Assembly (NCBI GenBank): GCA_964371245.1
Contig: CAYJKP010000001.1
Span: 443,042 to 507,041 of the forward strand
Reading direction: 5' to 3'
Length of the DNA: 64,000 bases
Source of the DNA: an uncultured Gammaproteobacteria bacterium
GTDB lineage: Bacteria; Patescibacteriota; Patescibacteriia; JAHIZJ01
Below the pieces are notes generated by a model. It was not told the origin of the DNA, did not search any database, and saw only the letters and a list, made by a program, of their open reading frames with translations. Of the stretch, positions 18,820-28,688 are shown piece after piece (the stretch's first letter is position 1; the number at the start of each line of letters is the position of its first letter). Made by a program: the position numbers and the translations under genes.

Positions 18820-20042
18820 TTGGAGAAAATATCTCAAATGCCTTTTTGAGTCTGCGCTCAAGCAAGCTTCGATCATTTTTAACGATGCTCGGGATTATTA
18901 TTGGTGTAGCGCAAATCATCGTATTAATCGGACTCGGGCAGGGGATAAAGAAGGATATCACCAGCGAAATCACGCAGCTGGGCTCAAACGTACTTATTGT
19001 CTTGTCTGGTAAAGTGCAGACCAGCCAAGGCGGTTTTAATCCGGGTGCTTCGGTCGGAGCATCAACACTGACAGAAAATGATTTTACAGATTTAAAAAAA
19101 CTACCCGATATTATCGACGCTACCAGAATCGGATTGCTCTCCGCGGTGCCGACAGCTGACGGAAAACAGGCGGATGGCGCCATGATTATGGCGGCTGATC
19201 CAAGTTTTTTTCAATATACAAATACGTACCAAATTGTTTCTGGTCGATTTTTCAACGAGGCCGAGAACCAACAGAGCAAAAAGGTCATCGTGATCGGGAA
19301 CTACACGCGTGAACTGCTTTTTCCTGGCGTCGATCCAACAGCTGTAATCGGTCGGACCGTGTCGATAAGCAAAGAAAACTTTACGATCGTCGGCGTCTTT
19401 GAAATGGCCCAACAATCGTCATTTTTTGGAAATGGCAGCACCCAAATCGGCGTGGTAATTGTTCCATATTCCACAGCAAAAAGCGTAAACCCAAACACAC
19501 AGATATTCCGCATCGGTCTGAAAGCGAGTGACAATGCTGATGTGAAGGTAGTGGCACAAAATGTTCAAAATACATTGAATGAGCTCCATGGCGCAAATGA
19601 TACGACTGTCTTTACGCAGGAAGACCTATTAAAAGTGGTTGATAATATCCTGGGCTTGATTACGAAAGCAATCGTCGGATTGGCTTCGATATCCCTGCTG
19701 GTTGGTGGAATTGGTATCATGAATATTATGCTGGTGGCGGTTATGGAACGAACGCGAGAGATCGGCTTGCGAAAAGCGGTCGGTGCAACCGGTGGGAATA
19801 TCCTGCTGCAGTTTTTAACTGAGTCAGTTGTTCTCTCACTGTTCGGCGGCGCGATCGGCGTTGCCATCGCAACGGTCGCGAGCGTTATTGTGAAAAAGCA
19901 GTTTGATTTAACGATCATTGTTGACTCGCAATCGATTATTATCGCCATGGGATTTGCGCTCGCCGTTGGTGTCATCTTCGGTTTAGCCCCAGCTGCAAAA
20001 GCCGCTCTAAAAAATCCGATTGAAGCACTCCGGTACGAATAA
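18816..20042 (+). CDS. ABC transporter permease, FtsX/MacB family with a large extracytoplasmic domain
   Basis: It has the N-terminal TM, large loop and three C-terminal TM helices of the MacB/FtsX architecture. Confidence 0.75.
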   Translation: MIGENISNAFLSLRSSKLRSFLTMLGIIIGVAQIIVLIGLGQGIKKDITSEITQLGSNVLIVLSGKVQTSQGGFNPGASVGASTLTENDFTDLKKLPDIIDATRIGLLSAVPTADGKQADGAMIMAADPSFFQYTNTYQIVSGRFFNEAENQQSKKVIVIGNYTRELLFPGVDPTAVIGRTVSISKENFTIVGVFEMAQQSSFFGNGSTQIGVVIVPYSTAKSVNPNTQIFRIGLKASDNADVKVVAQNVQNTLNELHGANDTTVFTQEDLLKVVDNILGLITKAIVGLASISLLVGGIGIMNIMLVAVMERTREIGLRKAVGATGGNILLQFLTESVVLSLFGGAIGVAIATVASVIVKKQFDLTIIVDSQSIIIAMGFALAVGVIFGLAPAAKAALKNPIEALRYE

Positions 20043-20052
20043 TTGATTGTTT

Positions 20053-21540
20053 ATGTCGCTTTCTGACTACACAAAATATCGATTCTTAGAAATGATCCCC
20101 GGGGCACTTACCTGGGGAACGTTTGTTGGCATTATTATCCTGACATTAGTGCGTCCAATCATCGCTGTTTATTTTATTGTCATTTTTGATTTGTATTGGC
20201 TGATCCGAGTAGTCTATCTCATTATCTATATCGTCCTGTCATTTAAGCAATATCATAAAGATTCAAAGATCGACTGGCGTGAGCGTTGCCAAAAAATACC
20301 GGGCTGGGAAAAGATCTATCACTGTATTTTTATGCCGACATACAAAGAGCCACTTGACGTCCTCCGGATGAGTTTTGCCAGTCTGGCAAATGTTAACTTC
20401 CCGAAAGAGCGAATGATTATTGTTTTCTGTTTGGAAGAAGGTGACAAGGAAAACGCCTTGAGAAACGCGGAAGTGCTCCGCCGGGAGTTTGGCGATACGT
20501 TCTATAAATTTATTGTGACGCTTCATCCAAAGGGTTTACCAGGCGAAGTTCCGGGTAAAGGGTCGAACACCGCCTGGGCGGCGCAGGAAGCGAAAAAAGT
20601 AATCGACCAAGAAAAAATACCGTATGAAAATATTATTGTCTCGTCGTTTGACGTCGATTCCTGCGCTCATCCCCAATATTTTAGTTACGTTACCTATCAT
20701 TATTTAACCTCGGAAAATCCAACTCGGCAGAGCTACCAACCAGTACCGTTATTTAATAACAACATCTGGGAAGTACCGGCGATCATGCGTGTCGTCTCGA
20801 ATAGTACGACCTTTTGGCTGATGAGCGAACAGCTGCGCCCGGAACGGCTCTTCACGTTTTCTTCGCACAGCATGAGCTTTAAGGCGCTGGCCGATGTCGG
20901 TTTTTGGCAGAACGATATTGTGACTGAAGATTCACGGATTTTTTTGCAATGTCTTTTATATTACGACGGCGATTACCGTGTAAAATCGATGCACATCCCG
21001 ATCTCAATGGACGCAGTGGCCGGTAAAAATATCTGGCATGGTTTTGTGAATTTATACAAACAACAGCGGCGCTGGGCGTGGGGGGTAGAGCATTTTCCTT
21101 ACCTAATCTGGAACTTCTCTCGGAATAAAAAAATAGCCTTCATGACAAAGCTGCGGTATCTTTGGAATTTGACTGAGGGTATGTATTCGTGGGCGACCGC
21201 CCCGATTATTATCTTTATTTTAGGTAATTTCCCATTTCGGATGCCTGATTGGGAAGTGCGGAACAGCGTGATCAGTCAAAATGCGCCGCACGTCTTACAA
21301 ATATTAATGTCTGCCGCCATGATCGGCCTGCTTGTAAGCGCGATGATGAGCGTCTATTTCTTGCCTGATAAAAGCAAGCGCTTTCGAGGCCCACGAATCT
21401 TAATTATGTTGCTGCAGTGGGCGCTATTTCCAATCTGCATGATCGCTTTTGGATCCGCTCCGGCAACCGAAGCGCAAACGCGCCTCATGCTCGGTAAATA
21501 CCTTGGTTTCCGGGTAACGGAGAAAATGAGGAAGAAATAG
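20053..21540 (+). CDS. membrane-embedded processive family-2 glycosyltransferase (cellulose/chitin-synthase-like)
   Basis: The QxxRW motif (QQRRW) and a DxD motif (DVDSC) are present. N- and C-terminal TM helices flank the catalytic domain. The ORF track starts at a TTG at 20047. Confidence 0.6.
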   Translation: MSLSDYTKYRFLEMIPGALTWGTFVGIIILTLVRPIIAVYFIVIFDLYWLIRVVYLIIYIVLSFKQYHKDSKIDWRERCQKIPGWEKIYHCIFMPTYKEPLDVLRMSFASLANVNFPKERMIIVFCLEEGDKENALRNAEVLRREFGDTFYKFIVTLHPKGLPGEVPGKGSNTAWAAQEAKKVIDQEKIPYENIIVSSFDVDSCAHPQYFSYVTYHYLTSENPTRQSYQPVPLFNNNIWEVPAIMRVVSNSTTFWLMSEQLRPERLFTFSSHSMSFKALADVGFWQNDIVTEDSRIFLQCLLYYDGDYRVKSMHIPISMDAVAGKNIWHGFVNLYKQQRRWAWGVEHFPYLIWNFSRNKKIAFMTKLRYLWNLTEGMYSWATAPIIIFILGNFPFRMPDWEVRNSVISQNAPHVLQILMSAAMIGLLVSAMMSVYFLPDKSKRFRGPRILIMLLQWALFPICMIAFGSAPATEAQTRLMLGKYLGFRVTEKMRKK

Positions 21541-21543
21541 ATA

Positions 21544-22500
21544 TTATTTTCCGATATATCCTTTTAAGAAATCTGGGTGACCGCGTAGAAATGCCTCGAT
21601 TGAGGTTTCTTTTTTTGATTCCAGCCGCACTTTCTGGAGCATCAGGATATTTCCTTCTTGGCCGCCACCAGTCACGATTCCGGCCCGGCTTCCTTGGTCC
21701 GTCAGCATGCCCGGGGGTAATGAGGTCATCAACGGTGAATGTTCGGCTTCAATGATATCAAGTTTTTTTCCGTTCCAATACGTATAGGCGCCCGGCCACG
21801 GCTGATAGGCGCGGATTTTCCGTTCAATGATGGACGCTGATTGATGCCAGTCGATCAAACCGTCTGCTTTTGATAGTATCTTCGTATTTGAGGCGTCAGA
21901 CGCATGCTGAGGTATTGGTTTTATCGAACCAGCGACATAATCATTCAGGACTTGAAACAAAAATTCTGGACCGCGGCTCATGATTTTCTGTGTCAGAGAA
22001 GACGCGGTCTCATTTTTATCAAGCGCAATTTTGATAGCCTGTAATATCGGGCCTGTGTCAATCCCAGCATCCATTTTCATGATCGTGATGCCCGTTTCAG
22101 CGTCGCCCTCCAAAATAGGCGCTGGGATAGGACTGGGACCACGATATTTTGGTAATAGGGAAGGGTGGACGTTTATCGAGCCTAGCCGTGGCAGGCCAAG
22201 GATTTTTTTCGGAATGATCAAGCCATAGGCAACAACAATAAATAGATCAGGTTTCAATTCCGATAGCGCTGTAACTGATTCAGCCTTTCGTAATGAGTCA
22301 AATGTAAAAACTGTTAGCGATAGCTTCCGAGCCGCGACATTGATTGGCGTCGGCTGGAGTGCTTGGTGCCGTCCTTGCGGTTTGTCGGGTTGCGTGACAA
22401 CGCCGACGATACGAATATTTTTTTCATTCAGGAATTCTAAAAAAGGAACTGCCAATTCCGGGGTACCGAAAAATACGCATCGGGTATTCTCTAGCGTCAT
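21544..22500 (-). CDS. fmt: methionyl-tRNA formyltransferase
   Basis: Formyl-transferase N-terminal fold (VFFGTPELAVPFLEFL...VVTQPDKPQGR) in the conserved def-fmt arrangement. Confidence 0.9.
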   Translation of the reverse strand: MTLENTRCVFFGTPELAVPFLEFLNEKNIRIVGVVTQPDKPQGRHQALQPTPINVAARKLSLTVFTFDSLRKAESVTALSELKPDLFIVVAYGLIIPKKILGLPRLGSINVHPSLLPKYRGPSPIPAPILEGDAETGITIMKMDAGIDTGPILQAIKIALDKNETASSLTQKIMSRGPEFLFQVLNDYVAGSIKPIPQHASDASNTKILSKADGLIDWHQSASIIERKIRAYQPWPGAYTYWNGKKLDIIEAEHSPLMTSLPPGMLTDQGSRAGIVTGGGQEGNILMLQKVRLESKKETSIEAFLRGHPDFLKGYIGK

Positions 22501-22973
22501 GTTTTTTTATGATTGCTTACCGTCTTGGTGTATTTTTTGGTCCGGTCGATGAATAACACGCCATTTAAATGGTCCACTTCATGCTGGATCACGCGGGCGA
22601 ACATTCCTTCGGCCCTCAGTTTTTGCCTTGTGCCACGCGTGTCAAAAAATGAAACCCATAACGACCGGCTGCGACGAACCAGTCCAAAAACTCCGGGGAC
22701 ACTCAAACACCCCTCTTCGGCCTCGACTTGCCGCCATGATTTCCGTGATACGGTTGGGTTAATCATTACCAGCGGTCCGCTCTTGACGCCTATAACAACG
22801 AGACGGATATTTTTGCCTACCTGAGGCGCGGCAATACCAACGCCATCCGATTGATACATCGTTTCAGTCAGCTCTTTGGTAAAGTCGCGTAATTTTGAAT
22901 CACTCGGATCAGTAATAGTAACTGATTTTTGACGGAGACGATTATCGCCCAGAGTGATTATTTTCAGACCCAT
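22497..22973 (-). CDS. def: peptide deformylase
   Basis: Carries the GIAAPQVG, EGCLSVPG and QHEVDHLNG motifs. Confidence 0.9.
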   Translation of the reverse strand: MGLKIITLGDNRLRQKSVTITDPSDSKLRDFTKELTETMYQSDGVGIAAPQVGKNIRLVVIGVKSGPLVMINPTVSRKSWRQVEAEEGCLSVPGVFGLVRRSRSLWVSFFDTRGTRQKLRAEGMFARVIQHEVDHLNGVLFIDRTKKYTKTVSNHKKT

Positions 22974-22975
22974 AC

Positions 22976-24856
22976 TTATGATAAGAGGTTTAGCGGATTA
23001 ATATCGACAAGCCAGTCGTCAGTTGTTAATGATATCAAAGATCTGACGGTTGGCCAATCCTTAGGTAAAAATTTAATAATTAACTGCCAGGAATACTGGC
23101 CACGAATCTTTTCGATAAATGACGGACCGGGTTGCACAATGTCAATTGATGGCGGCAGGTTATCTTCTTCAAAAATTTGTCGGTAGAACGAATCCGCCTG
23201 GTCGGAAATCGTTTGCTTTTTCTTCCCCTTGATAAACAAGCGAACGAGCTCCGCTGCGGGTGGATAGCGGTACTCGGCTCGCTGTTGGTACTCACTTTTA
23301 TAAAATAGCTCTGAATCTTGTGTGACCGCGGAACGAATTGCATAATGGTCGGGGAACGATGTTTGAACCATGACCTCGCACCCATGCTCAGCCGCGTATT
23401 GAGTAATAAATGAAAGTTGGCGGTACGTTGATTCTGGAGCGGAAAAATCAGGCAAACGGAGGATCGTATCAGCGGAAATGACGATAATACCGTGAACGGT
23501 CTGGAGAATCACTGGATCGAGCGCGCGCTGTGCGCCGATAATAATATCAGTGTTCGCTGGAACCGAAAGCGAATGCGCGTCAGTGATCACGTGGGTTTTT
23601 GCTGCCGGAAATGAGGCGCTGATTTCAGAGGCAATTTTTTGCATGCCGGCGCCGCGTTGTTTTAATTGAACGCCATGGCAAACTGGACACGTTAATGGCA
23701 AGTCGCTGGTATACCCGCAGAGCGTGCAATGAAGCTGCTGATGTCCTTTCGAAACCTTTTCGATGATGAGGTTTTTCTGGCAGCGCGGGCAGGGAAATGG
23801 ATTATGACAATCAAGGCATTGGAAAGAGCGCGCTTCGCCGAGCTTATTATGAAATAGCAGCACGCGCTGTTTCTTCTGAAGCGCTTGAAATATATAGGCG
23901 CGCATTTTCGCGCTTATTAAGGTGTAATTGCCAAGCCGTTTTTCTTCATTCAAATCAACGATCACTGGTGTTATCGCGGGCAATTTTTTCCGCTGGTCGA
24001 TGAAATCAAGGGTATGTTTTTCAACCTGATGCATGGTGGTTGTCCGCGGGGCGCGGCTTGTCATAAGGACGGTGGCCTTAGTAAAACGGGCGATTAATCG
24101 AGCGACGTCCTCGGAATGATAGCGGGGGTTCATTTCAGCCTGTCGGTGATTTTGATTGTCCTCCTCGTCAATGATAATCAAGCGGACAGACGACTGGGGC
24201 GTAAACAAAGCGGTCCGCGTCCCGATTGTTAGACCGAATGAACGCTCGGCTTGATTTTTATATTGCGACCAGTAGAGAGAGGGTGGAAGTTGCCGGTGAA
24301 ACACGATCGGCTGATATTGTTTCAGGCGTCGTTCCCAATCGCGTACCCGTGATATTTCCGGAGCAATAATCAAAACGCCTTGTTCATTTTCTAAATAGGT
24401 TTTGACGACGGAGTGGATATAGTCTGACTTGCTATGATCCGTATTGTACAAGAGCAAACTGTCTTTTTTCAGGGCTGGAGAAAAATCGTGATTATGGTTC
24501 GCCAGCGGTTTTTGATCGGGCGTGATTTGAAAAAGTGTCCGGCGGGGGAGTGTTTGCAGGATTGAATTTACGACAGTCGCTGGCGAGACAAAGAATTTTC
24601 GTGCGAATTCATGGATGAGCGCCAATTGCTGCTGACGCAAGGAAATACCGGGGTAGACGCTTGTTATTGTTTTTATTGCGCCAGTTTTTTTTCGAGGCGA
24701 TTGCGATATTTCATCGATCACGCCAAATACCTTTCGGTTACGAAAGGGGATGATGACAATATCGCCAGGCTGGCAACCTAAGGTATCAGGAATACGATAG
24801 TCAAAGCTCGACAGCGTTCTGGGCATCCGTAGGCTCGGTATTACGTAAGCGTACAT
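22976..24856 (-). CDS. priA: primosomal protein N' (PriA-like) with a degenerate Walker A motif
   Basis: The Cys4 zinc-binding CPRC...CTLCGY, the DExH-like IIDEE motif and the conserved priA-def-fmt order are present. The expected GxGKT reads TDHSKSD. Confidence 0.6.
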   Translation of the reverse strand: MYAYVIPSLRMPRTLSSFDYRIPDTLGCQPGDIVIIPFRNRKVFGVIDEISQSPRKKTGAIKTITSVYPGISLRQQQLALIHEFARKFFVSPATVVNSILQTLPRRTLFQITPDQKPLANHNHDFSPALKKDSLLLYNTDHSKSDYIHSVVKTYLENEQGVLIIAPEISRVRDWERRLKQYQPIVFHRQLPPSLYWSQYKNQAERSFGLTIGTRTALFTPQSSVRLIIIDEEDNQNHRQAEMNPRYHSEDVARLIARFTKATVLMTSRAPRTTTMHQVEKHTLDFIDQRKKLPAITPVIVDLNEEKRLGNYTLISAKMRAYIFQALQKKQRVLLFHNKLGEARSFQCLDCHNPFPCPRCQKNLIIEKVSKGHQQLHCTLCGYTSDLPLTCPVCHGVQLKQRGAGMQKIASEISASFPAAKTHVITDAHSLSVPANTDIIIGAQRALDPVILQTVHGIIVISADTILRLPDFSAPESTYRQLSFITQYAAEHGCEVMVQTSFPDHYAIRSAVTQDSELFYKSEYQQRAEYRYPPAAELVRLFIKGKKKQTISDQADSFYRQIFEEDNLPPSIDIVQPGPSFIEKIRGQYSWQLIIKFLPKDWPTVRSLISLTTDDWLVDINPLNLLS

Positions 24857-24857
24857 A

Positions 24858-25370
24858 TTATTCAGAAAATCTTGAAACGGTAAATCTTTGGAGAGTATAT
24901 TTGTCCTTTGTTACATCGATGCCGGCTTTCGAAGCGGCAATGGAAACTTGTTCATCAACCGTGTTAACCCCCTCTATATCCGGCAACAAAACACCCCGGC
25001 GCTGATGCGATTGGACGATGACTCCATATTTGCGCGGATTCAGAGATTCACGTGTCGTTGGCTCAGGGGTATTCAAACGATCAACTTTTATGTCAGTCTC
25101 AGATAGTTCGGAAAGCTCCATTGGTTTAAAGCGCGGATCGCGAGTGGCCGCGGCAATGGCGTTAGCGATAATTTCTTCAGCCACGCAATTTGTTGTTGGT
25201 TCAAGCGTGCCAATACAGCCGCGCAATTCACCGTTTTTATGGAGCGATACGAATACGGCCGCTCTTTCGCGACGCAGCTCCATTGGTGCGCCCTTTGGAG
25301 ATTCAAGTATCGCGCCTGACTTCAAAAATGATTGTATGGCGTGACGGGCGAGAGAAACGTAAAAGTTCAT
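24858..25370 (-). CDS. AMMECR1-domain protein (AmmeMemoRadiSam system protein A)
   Basis: The AMMECR1 signature LRGCIGTLEP is present. It overlaps the upstream gene by 4 nt. Confidence 0.8.
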   Translation of the reverse strand: MNFYVSLARHAIQSFLKSGAILESPKGAPMELRRERAAVFVSLHKNGELRGCIGTLEPTTNCVAEEIIANAIAAATRDPRFKPMELSELSETDIKVDRLNTPEPTTRESLNPRKYGVIVQSHQRRGVLLPDIEGVNTVDEQVSIAASKAGIDVTKDKYTLQRFTVSRFSE

Positions 25371-26164
25371 GAGATTGGAAAGTGAATAACCGCATAACCG
25401 ACGCCAAACGGACCTTCGTATGAAAGAATGTTCGGTTGAGCTGGTTCAGATTCAAGCGCGCCCATCAGGATGCACAGCGATCGGTACCCGCATTCGCCGG
25501 CGGCATCAATAAAGTCCGGATCAAGCGACGCAATTGCCTCATACTTGCGTCGTCCAATAAGCTCAATGATTTTTTGGTCAAATTCTTTTCCGTGCGGAGA
25601 GAATCCGGCTGGCGCACCTTTGAAAAGACGGTGCGATAAATCACCTGACGCGATGAGGGCAATTCGTTTTGTTGATTTCTGACAATATTCTCGCAAACAG
25701 CGACCAAATTCAAGATGTTGTTCGATTGAGCAAAATGAATAACTTAGCGGTATAAGTTGCGCCGGCTTTGAACCACTTTCAAGAAACGATAATGGTACGA
25801 GGATACCATGATCAAGCTCTGGCTCTTTATAGAGATTAACGGGGATGTTCTTATCTGCTACCGAAGCATATAATTCAGCGCATTCGTTTGGCGAACCAGC
25901 ATATTCCTGGCGAATTTCATCATGGCCGAATGGAGCAAAAGAACCGTGAAATTTATCCGCTGAATTTATCAGAAAATAATCCGGCCAGAGTTGGCTGTGC
26001 GGAGAAATTATTATCGTGATTTCTGGTTTGGCGTTGCGATACAAAACAGCCAAGCGTGACATCGCCTGGCGTGTTTTCGCAACCAGCGTGAGATCGTTTG
26101 GCTGACCGATGCCGGCGACAATAATCGGCGGATGCGGAACAAAACCAGCAAAGACGAGTGCCAT
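25367..26164 (-). CDS. Memo1/LigB-like protein (AmmeMemoRadiSam system protein B)
   Basis: Class III extradiol-dioxygenase-like fold markers are present (SPHSQ, HGILVP, SGDLSHRL). Confidence 0.7.
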   Translation of the reverse strand: MALVFAGFVPHPPIIVAGIGQPNDLTLVAKTRQAMSRLAVLYRNAKPEITIIISPHSQLWPDYFLINSADKFHGSFAPFGHDEIRQEYAGSPNECAELYASVADKNIPVNLYKEPELDHGILVPLSFLESGSKPAQLIPLSYSFCSIEQHLEFGRCLREYCQKSTKRIALIASGDLSHRLFKGAPAGFSPHGKEFDQKIIELIGRRKYEAIASLDPDFIDAAGECGYRSLCILMGALESEPAQPNILSYEGPFGVGYAVIHFPIS

Positions 26165-26168
26165 GAGT

Positions 26169-27590
26169 CTAGGGGTTTAAGGCCCGACTACTCGGATGGA
26201 TGCGCACGGCGAAATCAGTGGTGGTCACAATGTTATCCCACTTATAGCCAAGCTGATTGAATACGTCAGCCGAGGCAATGCGTTTTCTTTTGCCGTTTGA
26301 AACTACAAAAACCGCGTGCGATTCGGGCGAAGTGATCAGCGTGCCGTCTTTGAATCGGAGCGGCTCGCCCGGCTGATACTGCTGGATTTCAGAATCGTCA
26401 ACCCTGATCAAGTTCGGTTTGGGGAAATTAGACAGGAGTATTTCTCTTGAAACAATGCCGTGGCGCGTGCCGTTTTTAACATAGGATACCGCGCCAGTTT
26501 TTTTTGATTGCAGCAGGACGCCAGTTGGATAGACGCTGTTCATGGAGATGGAATAGCCCGTCGGATAGCTTTTCAGATCTCCGGATTCGACTGGAATAAC
26601 TTCTTCCGGATTATATCCAATTTTTCGGAAAACCGATTCTGATTCGATGAGATGTTTCTCATTAAACGCGATTAAATACGTTTTTTCATCCGGTCCTTGC
26701 AGCAGACTATATTCTGGGAACTTGATTGGCGGCCCGTCTTCATAGGCATCAATATCGTTCTGAGAGACCGTCAGGATGTTCCTTGGGTTATAGTTGGCCA
26801 GGAATGCAGATTTGGACCAAAAGGCCCGCTTACGCCCGTTTTTAATCAAATAGACGGCTGGCTGACCGGCTACCTGGAGCAAGCTGCCGTCCGGATAGAC
26901 TTTTCCGAACCAGTCCGTCCATTTCTTCCAGACCAGCGAACTGCCACCCCAGCGCAGATCGCCACCGCCGTATTTTCCGACCCAGGGCGTATACGTATAA
27001 AGCGCTGCGGTAGCGGCGTTCTCTGGCGTAACGGCGATTCCATCCAATGTGTTTTTCGTGATAAACGGACCCCAGCCGCTGATCGTTCGACCGAGTTTTC
27101 GTATCCGCGTGATATACCCTTTGGGATTTCCATAGCTGTCTAGCTCCGCATTGAGAAATATTTTTGCCGCCCACATCACTTGAATAGAAAAACCTTTATA
27201 TGTACTTGAACAGCCGGTGCCGTCCGGGCAGCCGAAGCCGGCCGCGTAATCAATTTGGTTTTGAGTCGGAGTTGAATCAGAAATTAATCCTTGCTCGACT
27301 TCAAGGCGCACGAGCAGATACTTCGGATTAATTTTATACATCTGGGCAACATCGTAAATAATTTGAGCGGCCGACTTATTTACCCCAAAGACGGAAGTGG
27401 CATAGGTGTCGAGAACGCCAGTTTTTGACTCGAGGAACTTTTGAATCCTGTCTTTTGACATTGACTGGTAATTCAAGAGGTCCTCATCGGACAAGAGGTT
27501 ATTTGGATGACAAACGGCAGCCAGTAACGGAGCTGGCATAATAAAGTTTAGGATGACGAGAGAAACAATGAATCGTTTTATGAAGGTCAT
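26169..27590 (-). CDS. secreted protein with four ~55-aa tandem repeats, inserted within the AmmeMemoRadiSam operon
   Basis: An N-terminal signal peptide is present. Repeats follow the pattern xYLIxNGxKRxIxSxxVFxxxGYxxxxIxxV. It is separated from both flanking genes by 1-4 nt. Confidence 0.5.
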   Translation of the reverse strand: MTFIKRFIVSLVILNFIMPAPLLAAVCHPNNLLSDEDLLNYQSMSKDRIQKFLESKTGVLDTYATSVFGVNKSAAQIIYDVAQMYKINPKYLLVRLEVEQGLISDSTPTQNQIDYAAGFGCPDGTGCSSTYKGFSIQVMWAAKIFLNAELDSYGNPKGYITRIRKLGRTISGWGPFITKNTLDGIAVTPENAATAALYTYTPWVGKYGGGDLRWGGSSLVWKKWTDWFGKVYPDGSLLQVAGQPAVYLIKNGRKRAFWSKSAFLANYNPRNILTVSQNDIDAYEDGPPIKFPEYSLLQGPDEKTYLIAFNEKHLIESESVFRKIGYNPEEVIPVESGDLKSYPTGYSISMNSVYPTGVLLQSKKTGAVSYVKNGTRHGIVSREILLSNFPKPNLIRVDDSEIQQYQPGEPLRFKDGTLITSPESHAVFVVSNGKRKRIASADVFNQLGYKWDNIVTTTDFAVRIHPSSRALNP

Positions 27591-28613
27591 TTATTGTTGA
27601 ATAATATTTATGTTCATCTTACATTTTGGGCATAGGCCGTTTTTGTCATGTCGGGTAACGCGGTAGCCGTCGCGCTGGATGGCGATTTCGCCGCACTTCG
27701 GGCAATAGGTGTGTTCACTTTTATGGCCCGGGATATTTCCGATATAGACATAGCGCAGTCCGTTCTTCCGTCCGACGTCAATTGCGTGCTCAAGCGTCTC
27801 AACCGGAGTCTCGACGCCGTCAGTCAGGCGATATGAGATATCGGGATCAAAACGCGACAGATGCCAGGGCGTTTCCGGTCCAGCTTTTTTCGCAAGGAAT
27901 TTTGAAATACCGTCAAATGTACTCTGACTGTCGCTTAAGCCCGGTATGACCAGTGTCGTTACTTCTACCCAGCAACCGATCTTTTTGAAACGGACAATGT
28001 TATCGAGAACCGGCTGGAGATGACAACCGCAATTTTTCAAATAGGTTTCATCGTCAAAAAACTTCAGATCGATGTTTATCGCGTCGAGATACGGCTGAAT
28101 CAGTTCAACCGTTTGCTCGCTCATGTAGCCATTTGAAACCCAGATATTTTTCAAGCCGGCCGAGCGAGCCAATTTCATGGTCTCAAGCGCGTATTCGAGA
28201 AAGATGGTCGGCTCAGTATAGGTGTAGGCGATGCTTTGGCAATTGCGTGCAACCGCATGGTCAACGATCGCTTCGGGGGAGAGGTCGTGCCCAGAAATGG
28301 TTTTGCCGCCCTTGGAACCTTGCGAAATATCCCAATTTTGGCAATTATCGCAACGGAGATTACAGCCTAACGTTGCGATGGAAAGTCCAGTAGATCCTGG
28401 AAAAAAATGAAAAAATGGCTTTTTCTCAATTGGATCGACAGCCTCAGCGATGGCCTTACGGTAGTTTAGCGCAAAAAGAGTGCCGCCAATGTTTTCTCTG
28501 ACCGCACAAATGCCGCGACTACCCGTGTTTATTCGACAGTTGTGCGCGCAAACATGACATCGGACACTATTATTTTCTAGCTTTGAATACAAAAGTGCTT
28601 CTTTCATTCGCAT
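27591..28613 (-). CDS. radical SAM enzyme (AmmeMemoRadiSam system radical SAM protein, PFL-activase-like)
   Basis: CNLRCDNC matches CX3CX2C, and an additional N-terminal Cys cluster CHVCAHNC is present. Confidence 0.8.
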   Translation of the reverse strand: MRMKEALLYSKLENNSVRCHVCAHNCRINTGSRGICAVRENIGGTLFALNYRKAIAEAVDPIEKKPFFHFFPGSTGLSIATLGCNLRCDNCQNWDISQGSKGGKTISGHDLSPEAIVDHAVARNCQSIAYTYTEPTIFLEYALETMKLARSAGLKNIWVSNGYMSEQTVELIQPYLDAINIDLKFFDDETYLKNCGCHLQPVLDNIVRFKKIGCWVEVTTLVIPGLSDSQSTFDGISKFLAKKAGPETPWHLSRFDPDISYRLTDGVETPVETLEHAIDVGRKNGLRYVYIGNIPGHKSEHTYCPKCGEIAIQRDGYRVTRHDKNGLCPKCKMNINIIQQ

Positions 28614-28615
28614 TA

Positions 28616-28641
28616 AAGTATACCTGATTATATGGTATAAT
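28616..28641 (+). promoter_or_regulatory. promoter with extended -10 TGGTATAAT
   Basis: The element TGnTATAAT is followed 47 nt downstream by the thpR ATG. Confidence 0.45.
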
Positions 28642-28688
28642 TCAAGATGAAAAGGACAGTTTTTTATTAATATGTCAAGTTACTATTT

